A DNA stretch of 64,000 nucleotides from positions 2,728,001 through 2,792,000 of the forward strand of contig JAQFVV010000003.1 in the NCBI GenBank assembly GCA_028023455.1. The letters run 5' to 3'. The DNA comes from Epiperipatus broadwayi (lineage: Eukaryota; Animalia; Onychophora). Below, in pieces: positions 11,421 through 25,749 of the stretch. The translations under genes and the position numbers were made by a program. The notes under the pieces were generated by a model. The model ran no database searches. It was not told where the DNA came from and saw only the letters and a list, made by a program, of their open reading frames with translations. The stretch's first letter is position 1, and each line of letters starts with the position of its first letter.

Positions 11421-14064
11421 CTATTTTGTCGAAGTAGCAATAGTTAGAATTTTTTTCATAATATTTTTTGCTAGGATTACTCTGTCCTCTCCATTTATAC
11501 AAATATGTCTTCATAAGGCAAAGACTACTACAGAGAAACTTGAAGAAGATAATTCTCAGCAGGCTAACTGAACTTTGGGTAATAAAGTTACATTTTTTTT
11601 CTTGCTTTTACCTCTAGCGAAAAATAATTAGATAACCATTTACCAACTAAGAATTAAATAATTTTACAAAATTTGATTTCCAGATCTTGCCAATGCAGGT
11701 GGATGCATTAACCACTATATAAAGCCCTTAATTCTCAATACATGTATATAAATAAATTATTTATATATACAAATATAACTTACCATTAATGCACATTTTT
11801 ATTCTTTAAACATATAATAATAGATAGTAGAGCAAATATTTTAATCGCTAGCAAAGTGCAATTTGGGGCAACCAAGTATTTTCAGTTTGGCAGTACTGTA
11901 CTTTCCCAAATGCGATAGAACATTGTTTTGTATTTACTGACTTACATTGAATAAATGTGCTGATAAGTATAATTTAAATTAGTATTTATACACAATAATT
12001 ATCTTTCAGTAAACACAAAATAATTATTAATTATTGGAAAGTTTATTCTAAAAATATAAAATTGTGACTGAAAATGGGAAATGGTTAAAAGATAAAGATT
12101 GTTATTCATCTATATAAAAACTACTAAAAATCTTTGAGCTTTATTAAATTTAATTCTAACATTAAAAGAATAGATTAACCTTCCATTCCACTTCACATTC
12201 TTGAAACACATGAGTAAAACTTGTGAAAAAAATACACATGAAAAAAAAAAGAGAGATTAAATTGAATTTTTCATATGTTTTGTTTTTGTTTTTTTTGCTT
12301 TGTTTTGGTTTTTTTTAAAAAAAAAAAAAGAACAGATATATTAATCGTTAACTTGGATTTAAAATTCATTCTGGGTTAGAAAAAATATGATAATCCCTAA
12401 ATTTAATAAAAGATAAACAATACATTAATGATTATTACTAATCATTTGTTACGCTGATGTATTTATCCGAAGTGAATGATGTCTCTGATGAGTGTAGAGA
12501 CCTTGATTTATCCAATAATTTTATAATTCTAAAGTACTCGTTGCTTCGAGTTCTAATGAAAAGGTATAATAAACTTAATGTACATAATATATTTTATAAT
12601 TATTATATATTATATATGTTTATAAAAGTTTATATATAGAAAAAAATATTCAGGCACCAGTTTTATAGTGAATAATGTCTGAAACAATTCTATATTATAA
12701 AATTATCAAAAAACAATTCTATATTGTAGCTAAATCTATTAACTCATAGACATTCATGGCTTCTAAAATTATAACTTTTTATCTTGATTTTTGCTCAAGT
12801 ATAAATATTTCAGTTAAAGTAGTAAATATAATACAGATTCCGGGAAATATTAAATTTTAAATGTATATTAAAATATGTGTTTATTTATTTAAATAAATAT
12901 ATAAATACATGCCTATCAATGTAAATACATATGCACTTATTATCTAAATGTATAATAAATATTAAAAAAGGAACATATCAGTTACTCGGTAGATCAAACA
13001 GCATTGAACTTCAAAGAAACTTGTCAGCTCAATAATTTTATTTATTTGATCAAACTAAGTTTGTTTTCTCTCTCTCATTAACAAGAAAGAAAATCAGCAT
13101 CTATAAGTCTTGAAATGTATATATATATATATGCATACACTCATACACACTCACCCTAATTGTATGTGTTTTCATTCCAATTTTCAAGCAAACATTTATA
13201 GTCAACAGTCATTTCTGGCGACGACTATTTATGTTATAGTGCCTAAAGATAAATAGATTGATATAACTAACAATAGTATCTGATCATTAATATTGTGTTA
13301 TTTTCTAATCATACGAATCTTTATTTTACATTTCGAGCTATATTGTAAATTTTAATAGGCTGAGATTTTACATACATAAAATAATAAAACTCTTACACCG
13401 TATTCTATTATCCATTTTCATATTTTTTTGTTATTGTTGTTCATTGACTTTGCTATTTTTTAGATGGTTTAATTCGGGTTGAGAAATTCATTCTTTTAGA
13501 TATCTTTTATGATGCAAGTTTATAGTTTGCATTTTCTTTAATGATTAACCTTTTAATTAAACTTCGTAAAAATCAAGTTTTAACGAATTCTTTTTATATA
13601 TGTTCTGTATATCTGAATCAGTAACATCTATTTAAAACAGTTATATCTCATTATCATCATTTCCTGTAAAATCCTTTCTTGAAGGTAGACTTCTGGTTTT
13701 AACTTAATTAAACTGTTTAATTTGTCTCTGCAATCAATGATAATTATTAGCAATGGGTACTGTCTCCAACTTCCTAAAAATTACCATACTGCAAAACAAT
13801 TTTTTTTCATCTATATCCTGATCAGTTTAGCTGAATAATAAATTCAAGAGCTAAATGTTTTTATATTGAGTCTCTTTTACTTTTAACACATGAACTCGAA
13901 AGCTAAAAATTTCTGATACACTTTTTGATGAAAAATGGAACTGTTATCTTAACTTCCCACTTGATTGTTTGATTATCTTATAACCTTCCAAGAAACCATA
14001 TAAAATCTTAAGTTATAAATCAATTATTGTAGTCAGTCTGATACTTCGATTTATTGATAGATAA

Positions 14065-14278
14065 TGTGTTTTACCGCTTTGCTACTGCTGGAATATGAAT
14101 AAAGCGATATCGAGGGTAGCCTCAGGCATGTCATTCGCTATGGGTTGGCTTGGAAGCACAGGTAAGAGAGTTGAGATATGATCAGATATAGTATAGTACT
14201 ATCCCGACTTGATCAGCTTTTAGTTCTCCGGATCGGACTCTCGGTCTGTTGAGCAAATGTATAAACCTGACTGTTACA
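14065..14278. mobile_element. Possible solo LTR or other short TE (GC-rich, CpG-retaining island)
   Basis: TG...CA ends (tgtgttttac...ctgttaca), imperfect 4-bp flanks ataa/atat, and much higher GC than the surroundings. No second copy in the window. Confidence 0.3.
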
Positions 14279-15162
14279 ATATCTTTAAATACATTTATCT
14301 GATAATGAAAATAATAATTTAAAGCCTGAATTAATTGTACAAAATTTATTTTTTGCTAAAGATAATATAAAAAGATTTTAAAATTATAAATTCCTAATTT
14401 GAATAAAATTAAAATCAAAAAAAAAAAATATATTGTCTATAGAGGCCATATGCAATTAAGGAATTTAGAAAACCTAATAAAAAAATTAATGTTTTTAAAA
14501 AGCAACCTAGGCTGAGATTTGGAAAATGTGTTATGGTCACCAATTAAATAGCACATAAAAAGATTATAAAAGGCAGTTTAAAGAATATAATTTGCTAGAT
14601 TTTGGATTTTAAGAAAATCTATCACACGTTACTCATTTAAGTCAAAATTTAAGAACTCCATTATATAGTTCTTGCTTCTGATAGCCAATTGAACGATATA
14701 AAATAGCAGCATTGTTTATCAGATGGTTTTTACAGTTAATCTTAATTGTGTCAATTTAAAAAAAACTTATAAAGAAGCAATATGTCAATTTGGAAAAGAA
14801 TATTTTCTATATATATCTCATTGTAATGATGTTAAGTCATGTTTATGCATATAGCTTTTTTAAAATGATTGGCTAAGGGCTATAAAATCAGCATTGTTTC
14901 ATTGTTTTCCAGTTATGCATTACATAGGAAAATTATGCATTTCCAAGACCTGGTATGTTAATTGTGTTCAGATTTTAGCAGCTTTGATCCTCTGGATATA
15001 TCTTCCAATCAATATTAAAGAACCTGCAATGACACCACTGGATAAATATGACATGGATGTAGAGAAGACTGTGCTAAATAAGTCAATGATGCACCTGACT
15101 ACTTATATTTGACTTTCTCTTTAGTTGAATCTTTAAACACTGCTTTGACTGCATAAAAAAAT

Positions 15163-15575
15163 ACTCATCATCAATATATTCTGTCACATGAACAAATCCA
15201 GATAGTGGGACATCAATTTTTCCATTCCATTTTTTCATTGCTCAGCTCTTCAATTCCATGTAACTTTCCCCAATCATCCAACAATGTCAATCTTTTTCAT
15301 CTTTTCTTCACTTACCATTTCCTCCAAAACATCTTTCACTAAACTATAATTTTTTTTAATATATTTCCAATCCTGTTTCTCTTTTTTTTCTGATTTCCTC
15401 AATCAATCTTTATTTTTCATTTAATCTTTTCAAAACTTATTCATTTGTTATTTTATTTATCCAACTGATTTTTTCCCATTTGTCTCCATATCCACATCTC
15501 AAAGACTTCCCTTCCAATCTGTTTCTAATTTTATTATTCACTGTCCATGTTTCACAGCCATACAACACAGCTTTT
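15163..15575 (-). mobile_element. RTE (BovB-like) LINE 3' fragment
   Basis: The minus strand encodes AVLYGCETWTVN, FEMWIWRQM and ISWINKITNE*VLKRLNE, ending in a gatgatga-type tail near 15163-15175. Confidence 0.8.
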
Positions 15576-16462
15576 AATTAATTTTTATTTTAATTCTGAA
15601 ATGACTAATTGATCAATTGAAGATTCTTTGGTTTTGGAAAAAGATAATTTAGTATGGTAATATTACAATGATATAATTTATACATTCAGTGTGCAATTTA
15701 ACATCTCTTAATACTTTTCATTGACAAAACTCTCTTTTTTTGCAAACTTTTAGTATTATTTGTCTTTTCAATTTTTTATTTGGTTTTGAGAAAATGAGAG
15801 GGGGGGTATGATCAATTAGAAGTTTTCAAGGTTGGTTTTAATTTTTCATAATACTGCCTACCTAATATTGATTTACAAAATTAATTTATGTAGATAATTT
15901 CAAACAACTTCTTATTATTGAGCAATTGATTTAGAATTTTTATTTTTATTTGTCTAAAAATTTTAATTTTTTTTTATTTGTTTTTTAAAAAGTGAGAGAG
16001 GTAGAGAAATATAACTAATTATAGAAGTGTTGACCACTTTTCTATGAAAGAAATAATTAATTGTCAGCTACATTTAATACAAATTATAGTTAAGATAAAT
16101 AATTCAAATAAAAATGAGTTGGCTGACTTTGAAACAACAACCACAAGAAATTTTTTAAAGGGTAAAATTAATCTTCTTTCTTATTTTTTTGGATTTCCAC
16201 CACTGCCCAATAGTTGTTTTCTTTTTACTTCACAAAAATGCAAAAAAAAAAAAAAGACATTGCCATTTTGTATAGAGTGAGTAAATAGGCAATGTGGATA
16301 TACAATGCAAAAGCACTCTAAACTTCTTTCTCTTTGCCCTCTTTTTTTCATCCTAAATTATTACCTGTAATATAAAGGAAGAATGTAAGATTTATTTTTA
16401 CTTTTTTTAAAAACTCTAAAAAAAAAAAAAGACAATTTAAATGAACAACTCCAAGTATAGTG

Positions 16463-16565
16463 GTCTTGCATTGGTGGTCGAGAGGTCAGCGTGACTGCCT
16501 TGCACTTGCAGGCAGTTGCCCGGGTTGCGGGTTCACGTCCCGGCCAATGCTATGACACTTAAAAG
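16463..16565 (+). mobile_element. Young tRNA-Gly(UCC)-derived SINE with 16-bp TSD
   Basis: GCATTGG...CCAATGC acceptor-like stem, CTGCCTT..GCAGTTG arm, CCCGGGTT..TCCCGG T-arm. TSD aactccaagtatagtg at 16447-16462 and 16566-16581. Second copy at 57989-58101. Confidence 0.9.
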
Positions 16566-17781
16566 AACTCCAAGTATAGTGTTTCCATTTCTTTTTCAAA
16601 TAAAATTTTTTTAATCAGATCAATGAAGAACACGTTTATTTTTAAATAAATTTGTAAAAAAAAAAAAAGGGGGGGGGGTTGTAATGCACAGCAGAGGGAA
16701 CATGTTTTCTTTTTATCTTCTTGTTTTCTATTGTATTTTTATACTCTTTATGAATCTATAATTTTAGATATGTAAAGTGCATTGAATCTTCAATTTATCA
16801 ATTAGTTATTCCAGAATTATTTTGTGATGTACACCAGTATTTTAAAGAAACAAAGAAAAACTAGATTGTAAGTAGTGAAGTACATTGATATCATGAATTC
16901 TTTGTAATTCAGTAAAGAAGTTAACCTGAAAAAGTTTTAGAAAACAGTTTCAATACTCTCCATATATATATATAAAATAAATATTTTGCGGGTATCATCC
17001 GTATATACACACACACACTGATAAATAGCATTTTAATATTGAATAAGTATAAAGTTATATAAAAATCACCAAGCCTATTTAATCAATAATTGAACTGTTC
17101 TCTAACTGTCATGTTGAATAATAAGTTTTTATAGTAAGAAAATGTATAGCTGAAAGAACTTGAAAGTCTGTGTTCATATCCCATATAATTATATTTATAT
17201 AGTAATAATATGTGCACATAATGTCTGAATAAATAATACTGGTAAGTTATTTTAAAAGATTTGAAATGTAAATATTATTTTAAAGGATTTATTCTTTTAT
17301 AGATATAATGTATTTTTTTCTCTTTTTTTGTTTTACAATTTTAAAGAGAGTCTTCTCTTCTCTTGTGAGATTATATGAAGATTTTGAGGTAAAAAAGAAT
17401 TTAATGATTTTTCTGTTGGTGCTAATATTATTTTTTTATTTATATGTTAATATTTAATTTATAATGTAGAAAACCCCTAAGCATTATCATGTATTTTCAA
17501 TTTTGTAATTCAATGAAAATCATGATATACATTAAAATAAACTTAGGTTTGGTAAATACAAGTATACAAGCTACACAATGTACATATATATAAAAATAGT
17601 ATAATTGCATCACGAATTATTATATTACAAATATCTCCCAGCTACTATTTTGGCCTGGTTAATATTTTATTACATTTGTTAATTCAACATGGAGATTTGA
17701 TTAATCTCTAGGAATAATTTAATTATATATATATATATATGAAAAGAAAGTTACTGTTAACACTAACTGAAATAATTATAG

Positions 17782-17889
17782 AAAATATACAAACCATTAT
17801 ACAATTACAAATATCCAGTAACGCCCTTTGTTTCTTTAAACAAAGGGCGTTACTGGATATTTGTAATTGTATAATGGTTTGTATATTTT
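17782..17889. repeat. Perfect inverted repeat, 52-bp arms, 4-nt loop
   Basis: 17782-17833 is the exact reverse complement of 17838-17889. Confidence 0.95.
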
Positions 17890-18299
17890 TTTTTTTTCCC
17901 AAAAAAATAAAATATTAAATTTTTAACTCCCCAAAATATTTTATTTTTTATATATATATATTGTCAACCTCTTTTGACACATGTTGACTCAATTAAGTTC
18001 AATCAAGATCAAGTCTTTAAGATTTTAACTATATTGAAATTAATGAGTTTATCATACAGAAAAAATGCATATAAAAAGTGCATTTACATAAAATGAAATG
18101 CAAGAATGAAGAATGACTACTAATTAAACTAAAATGAACATTGCAATAGGGCATGCTAACAAAAGTGAAATTGGAATAGAGAAGGCAATATAAATTTTTA
18201 AAAAAATAGTCAGCCAAGGTATATAAAGAAAGCTGCATGGTGGAGATGATAAGAGGATGCACCATTATATGATAAAAAGCAAGAAAATTTTAAAAATAC

Positions 18300-19850
18300 A
18301 TTATAATAATATATATATAACAATTAAAACTAAAGCAAAAATGCAAGCTAAGGAATTTGAAATTTAGGAAAAACTAATAAAACAAAATATAAGGTTTGGA
18401 ACTGATTAGTAGAAAATAATGCCCATGAAATATAAGCCTATAGAGAAGAAAGAACGATGAACAATTTACTATAATGTTGGTGAAAATGTTTAAGGAAATA
18501 TAAAAAAAAAACAAGTGAAGACCCAATCCAAGCAAATACAGGATAAACAAAAATAAATGGATAATATTTCCAAACAAATAAAGAATAAAAAGAGAATTAA
18601 AAGAAGAAATTTAAAATACAATTAAATGAACAAGATGTTTAAAAAACATAAAAACAATTAGAATGAAATAAAAGAAAAGGTGTCTTAAAAAAAGCTTGAT
18701 GAAACATGGAAAATGTAAAAAAAAAAAAAAGGTAGAGAAAAATATGAAAGGATTAAATCAAAAAATTAAAAAAGAAACTTAAGAAATAAAACAAAATAAC
18801 AAAAAATGGATGGGGGATCATGAAATTCTGATTCAGGAAGTTGATACAAAATTGCCAACTGTACAAAAATCTAGAAGAAACTCAACAAGAAATCATGGTC
18901 AAAATAAAAATTATCTAAACTAACCAAAGATATAATAAACCTATGAGAAGTTTACTTATAATCCTTATGAAAACAGAAATAAATAATATATCCCAGTAGT
19001 GATATCCAAGTGCTTGGCACTATTAAGAAATTCTTTAAAGTGATTAGTTTTTTGGCCATGCTGGAGATGTTTCCATCTGATACCTAAAAGACTTAGTAGA
19101 TATTTCAGCTTTAAATCATATAGGTAAAAATACTAAAATAGCAACATTCTGTAGCAATTTGAGGAGACACCACAAACATAGCAAGGCTCCTATGCTAATA
19201 AAATTTTAGGAATTTAAGTCTTTATGAATGGTCACTAACTTAAACCATCCTGAAGATTATCCAAACTCAGAGGATTAATATCCAATCTACTATCAGAAAA
19301 CCAAATAATAAGAGTAATGAATCACAACTTTCAGAACTAAGTGGAATAAATGTTTATTGGCATCAAAAGGAAAACAACTGAGCAGTAATGGAATTATAAA
19401 ATGCTTTTGACGTAAACGGATAACTGTTTGAGGCTCAAAGAAAGGAGACATAAACTCAGAATAATTTTTTTTCTAAAAGAATGGCTTCATATGAATTCCA
19501 TGATAGTGTATAAAAGAAAAGTAATTCTATTATCATGGTTAAAATAAAATGAAGAGGAAGGATATGGATAAGTATATTTTACTGCATGTATTACTTAGAA
19601 TAAGACAAATCTACAATTATCATTGCCTTATGGTAATCCATATTAGGGAAGATAGGAATAGGATGTCAAATGGAAATAATGGGTGGAGAAACAGTAGAGC
19701 AAATCTAATATCATCATATAGTATTTCTATAAGAATAAAACCTTTATGGGACTGAGAAGAGTAGAATCAAAGCTGAGCCAAGAGGAGGCTATAAAAGATA
19801 GCATAAGCCTTACTTGTGCAGTCAGATTTATATGGAAACAGACTGTGGAT
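18300..19850 (+). mobile_element. Very old non-LTR retrotransposon debris
   Basis: Purine-rich + strand with remnants resembling RT motifs (NAFD about 19400, KKGDI about 19440, GIMKF*FRKL about 18815). Heavily decayed; clade unclear. Confidence 0.35.
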
Positions 19851-21344
19851 TTGAATTGTAAACATATATTATGAAAGAAAAGAAAAAGATGAAGTAAGAA
19901 AATTTTATCAGTAATGCTGAAAGAAAAGTGGTAATGTACTCTAGGACCCTAGAGATTACTGGAATAATGTGTTATATTAGTAATTGCCTCTAAGGTATTT
20001 CCTAGTGAAGTCTATAGAAACAAGTTTGCAGTCTAGTCATTCTGCTTTTTGAAAATATTTATCAAACTATAAGGGAATGGCACACTCTTCTGAAGCTTAA
20101 GTACTAATAGAAAAATCCTGGGCTTACTTTATCTTGACTGACATAAAATATCTGGCTTATTCAAAAAAAACTAGTGATGACAGTTGAGTCTTCCTGACCC
20201 ATTTTGTGCTTTCAAAATGTAAGTGAATTTTATTAATGACTGAATATAGGCATATTTAGTATTATAATATTCATTGGAAAATTGGAAATGCAGACAAACT
20301 ACTGAAGAGTACCCATATTGGAATGCTGTGTCAAAAACAGATGTTTGTAGAAATTGATGAAGTCAGCCATTGTTTTTTTGTCAAAATGGAGATATCACTA
20401 TTGAGATTTTTAAAAGTTAAAAAATTCTGTTGCTCAAAATTAAAGAAATTGCATCAATATTTTTATCTAAATGTACTAGTTAAAACAAACCAAAACTTTT
20501 CTGTTTCTATTCATGAAACAAAAAGCTAGGCATATAAATTATATAAGTATGATGCAAAAATCCAGATAATATTACAATGGAATTATGCTATAAAATTGAC
20601 ATAGCTTAAGCATCTAAAATTCTAGAATGCTATCTCTAATAATCTGATATACTATAATGAAAACATTGGGTTTTTTAATTTTTTTTTGTAAATATATAAT
20701 ATGATTAGTAAATCTATATACTATTAATTGTAAGACTTTTGTAAATTTTATTGTCTTCCTAAATATGATTTTATAATATAAAATGATGTAACATTGAAAC
20801 AATTAAAACAATAAAATTCTTTAAAACATAAATTTAAAATATAAAAAATCCAATTAAAAAAAAGCCAGAAGATAATTAATGATATGGTGGCCATATTTTT
20901 GTTCCCATTCCATAGACAGTTTTTTGTAACCGATCATGAAATGATGTCACAGTGCCAATACAAATTTATTATTAAAATAGTACAAATATATGCAAGAATT
21001 TAATTAAGAAAATACTTAAAAATTAAACAAAAGTTTCGATGTTTTATGATGAATAAAATATGGATAAACTAAATAAATATTGATTTGTGATATATAAAAA
21101 TATTTCTTCCCATATACATATGTATTAATAACAAATATGCATTGTATGAATGACTTTCAGAACTATTTCAGCCTGAAAAATGAAATACATTTCATAATTA
21201 ATATTTGTATAAACATTACAAGTTATGTAAATTTTGTACTATGTATTTACAATTATCATAGAATTAAAATTCCACCTTTCATTACAATGGTTAAAAAAGT
21301 TGGTCTTCACAAATACACACAGCTTTATCTTACAGACATTGATC

Positions 21345-21490
21345 TGTTAAAAATATATGAGAGCTGGTGACCTGGGTCAACTGATGAGTGCTGGTTCAGC
21401 ATGAAATGCATCCTGGGGGTCATTTGTCTTTTATTGTATCTTTATTTATATGAAAAATATAAAAAAAAAGAGGAAATATGGAGATTATTA
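21345..21490 (+). mobile_element. Second copy of HHR family 1 repeat
   Basis: Colinear with 905-1045, including the 3' tract ttgtcttttattgtatctttatttatatgaa. Confidence 0.85.
21368..21422 (+). ncRNA. Type I hammerhead ribozyme (family 1), core intact
   Basis: CTGATGA 21381-21387; GTGCTG-GTT-CAGCAT; GAAA; TGCATC; tgacc/ggtca distal stem. The proximal stem I has a mismatch. Confidence 0.78.
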
Positions 21491-24400
21491 AAATAATACA
21501 ATTGACAATAATATATGTTTAAAGATATTTATCTAACAATGAAAATATTAACTTATGGCTCAATGTAATTATGCAAAGTTCAGTTTATGTTAAAATTATA
21601 ATTTAAAAATAAATACCTTCAAGTTATACATTTTCATGCAAAATTAAAAAATATTAAAAGCTACAATTTGGAAAATAGTCTAGTATCTATAGAAGTCACA
21701 ATTAATTGTAGATTTAAAAACTATATAAAAAAGATTAGAGACATTTAAAAAAACACTCTGCATAGATTAACTTCTGAGCTTCTAAAAATGTATAGCATAT
21801 TTCTTCCCAATAAATGGGTTTATTGTTCTTCAAAAATATTTCAGTATTCATTTTACTCAACCAAGTAAGTATTTAATCACTCAATCATCTAGTATTTGCT
21901 GAACATAAAAAAAATTTAACCAATAAAATATTATTAACAATGTTGCATCACCTAATTTTAATACTAGGTTTCAATTGCATCAATAGATAAAAATATTGCC
22001 CTTTAGTCTCCAGAAATATGGAAGAATACTTTTTAATATTTTCTTCATTGCCATGATACTAAATCATATTTACATTTGTAGCTTTTTCAAGATAATCATT
22101 TCATTGGCCCGCCACTTTCCACCTATATAGTGTAAAACAGATAACTTGACAAGATAAATATGAAGCTGTAGCCTGTTACGTATATATATTAACAATATCT
22201 AAAGTTAGCTGCTTTGATGCTTTGGTATATATTTGTCAATCAAGACTGAAGAATAATAAATCTCCATTGATGCTGATGGATAGATAATATTCAGATTTAG
22301 AGATAACGATGCTAGAAAGTGAATTCTTTTATAAATTAATAATAGATTTTCTACTTCAACAAAGAATCTAATCTACAAAAATGCTATAAAACAACTTCAA
22401 GATTCAACATGTATATAAAGTACTTAAAAATGATATATGCACAAAACATTTGAGTAAATAATACCAGTAAGAAATGTATTATTAGTACGCATATTTGTTT
22501 TATATATTAATATTTAAGCTGTAATGTGAATTAATCTGATGTATTTTTCATATATTGACAGTTTGTAGTTTAATGAAGAGGAATTTCATGGAAATTAATA
22601 AATATTAATGGAGTAATATAAAAATTATGTGTTCTCCATTCCCATGTTGATAAATCATTTTTATGCATGCAGTGTTCTTAAGATAACTGACAGTGGCACA
22701 TCACTTTCCAGTTCTACATAATACACATATAAATAATGATAGTGAATTTTTATCATTTTTTTAATTTTTTGCATTAAATATATAGTTAAATTTATTAACC
22801 CAACTTATTTTTATTTTATTCTCATTTCTGTTGCCCATCATTAATTAGTTAAGGGTAATTAGTGACTGCAATCATCATTTTTAATATCACTGCTTTAAGC
22901 TAACTAGAATCTGGAAGCAATAACAAGGAAAAAATATTAAAATGTCGAAAGATTAGAAGAAATTCTGTAGTATAGTCTTTCCAGCTAAAGGTGATATCCA
23001 GTATTGGACTTTTATCAACATTAAGTATGAATAAACGTCATTTTTATCAGACTCTATTTTTTTCCAAACATTTAGGGTTAGATCATGCATCTGGAAATAT
23101 AATATAACCAGGACTTTGTTTAGACATTACCATGAAATAATTCTAGATATTACTGAATGTTTGATTTAATCATCATCTGTAGCTTGAAAGTTAAGTATTT
23201 GATGTATATTTTATTATGATCCAGTATTTCAAAATTAGCCCATATGATGTATTCTATTTCCTGCTATGAAAGGTTTGCTATACACGTAGCACCATCATCA
23301 ATTACTGCAATTTTATATATGCTCACCAGCTATTATTTTGCCTCAGTTAACATCTTGTTAATATATATATATACACACATACATTCACATATATACTTTC
23401 ATCTGTATATTAACAAGTAGTGGGTGCGGTGAAATTTAGATTTTAATTTTTTTTATCAACCCGTAATAATACATTTAAAAAATATACCATTTGGTTGTTG
23501 CAAAACAGACGTCTAGTTATTTTCGCTTAAGTCTATAGGAAGTCTTATATAATCAGTGTGATGATTTTATGACTGCAAGGGGGGAAAAACACGTGTAATG
23601 TGATATAACTAGACCATAATTAAAACAAAATGGCATTACATCTAAAAATTCAAACTTGGTTTATTTTTATTTTGGATATCAGATAGATGTTCACGTCTAC
23701 TTCTGTATAATATATATAGAATGTGTGTACACTGCAATGTTTTTAAAATTGAAATGGTTTATATGAATGTATTTTAAATGGGAAGTATTAACGTGTTGCC
23801 ATTTTACTCTTACACGTTATTAGTTGAGTTGTATGATTATATAAAGCTCATAAGTCATGTATTTCTTTGACAGTAAGTGGTATAAAGTTCACCAGTATCA
23901 TGTCTATCAGACAGAGTTTCTTAAAAGTCATGAACTAGATCAATTTATTTTCTTTGATTGATTATACTTCATAATTGGAAAATGAAATTGAACATTTATT
24001 GATTACTTTTTTTTTCAACCATTTAATAATTCTTTTTTTTTAACTCTCTTTATTAATTTCGATTTTATTTTTAGTTAGTAATATTTGACCTTGGAAAACC
24101 TTTACCTAATAAATAAAATTATGTGAAAATTTACTTTTAATATTCTTTCTACAGAAAAATGCATTTATTTGAATAAAATAAAAACATTGTATGGTTAACA
24201 CCTTAAATACTTGACTCATTATGGAAATAGCTTGTTGGTGAGCCAGAGCTATTTATACTGATTTCCATTTAGATAAAAAGCGAGAAAGTGAGAGAGAAAA
24301 TCTCAATCAAATGAATGAATGTATGAATGATTAACAAATGAATTAATATATGAGAGTTTAAACAACTGCCATAATATGTCTACTATTATGATAGCTTTGT

Positions 24401-25332
24401 TGACTGTTAAATCTGCTTGTAGAGTTACAATGCAAAATCAAAAACATTGTGGTATGCACTTTATTTCATTCAATGTATCAATAATTAAATCTATCAAGTC
24501 AGCGTTTTAATCCTCTTAACAGTAGTTTACTTATATCCATTTTATCTCTCTTAGCATCAGTAATCAGACCGGATTTATCTAATAAATTTACATACAGTTT
24601 TATTTATATAAGACTAAATTCAAATCAAAATTCCCCTTTGGAATGTCCAACCAATAATCTATATTCATAGAAGTAAGATATAGCAATGGAATTCTTATGA
24701 GATTTTAAATAAATATTTTTTTCAAATCTAACAACAAAAACTAGCTGAATTTGATATTTCTAAATGCAACTAACTTTTAACAGATTCAGGATAACCCATT
24801 GTCACTGTGCTTTTCGGCTTCATAAATTAATATAGATGTGGAGAAATCCAAGCCATTCAAAATCACTGATAACCTCTGACAATATAGTTATAAAAAAAAC
24901 CCTAGTGAATCTACTTCATGATTGGAATCTCTAAATCTCCCTTTATATTTTGTTAATATTTAAGCTATCTAAAAATATTAATAATAAATCTTTTTGCTAA
25001 ATATATAATTATTTTCTCTCTGTGTTCTCTGAATGCTCCTAACAGTAGATAAAGCAAATATTTTGTGATCTTTCCATTTACATTATTTTTATTATGGTTC
25101 AAAAGCGGAAATATACAATCTTTTTGAGCAGTATCATAAGTACATTGCTCATCATAAATTGAGTCAAATCAATTTACAAATAAAAGGTATTACTATTCAA
25201 TTATTTATGCTTGTCAATTCATTAATATAAATTACATGAATACCATCTGGCTTTAAACACCAAGAAATAAAATGACATATATATATATATATATATATAT
25301 ATTATTTTTTGAAGCTTTGTGATGATGGTATT

Positions 25333-25744
25333 TTATGTTGTATTTATATAGTGGACTATTTCCATCAACTAATAATATACATATTGAATGTCTTTATAAA
25401 AATTTAATTTTATTTAAATATTTTAAATACATTCAACTATTAGTAATAGCACACAAGTTATTAAATGCACAATGTTTCAAGAGGTATTATTCTCACCTTT
25501 TCTTCAGATGTTGCTGGCCTGACCACTGACAGTACTAGCATAGGAATCGAACCTGAACTCTTCAATTTTTAAATATTGAATTTTAAGGTAATGCTCTAAC
25601 AAACAAAGTCATTCTGCCAAAGGCAACAGTCAGTAACAATTTCATATACTTATCTATGAGGTTCCACCTGATTTCTCCACTTTTTCCCAAGAGCAAAGTT
25701 GATTAGTGGTTTCCATACATTATGTATATAGTCACACTAGGTTG
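25333..25744 (-). repeat. Inverted pLTR copy containing a tRNA-like A/B box module and an HHR-like motif
   Basis: Reverse complement of 27589-27970. B-box GGTTCGATTCC at 25543-25553 (minus). CTGAAGA...GAAACATT at 25470-25507 (minus). Confidence 0.85.
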
Positions 25745-25749
25745 TATTA

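Noticed and set aside
12481-12501. GTCTC-TGATGAGTGTA-GAGAC hairpin containing CTGATGA
   Set aside because: No GAAA half of the core.
16468-16550. Functional tRNA gene
   Set aside because: Duplications in the anticodon and T arms, a TSD and an A-tail indicate a SINE.
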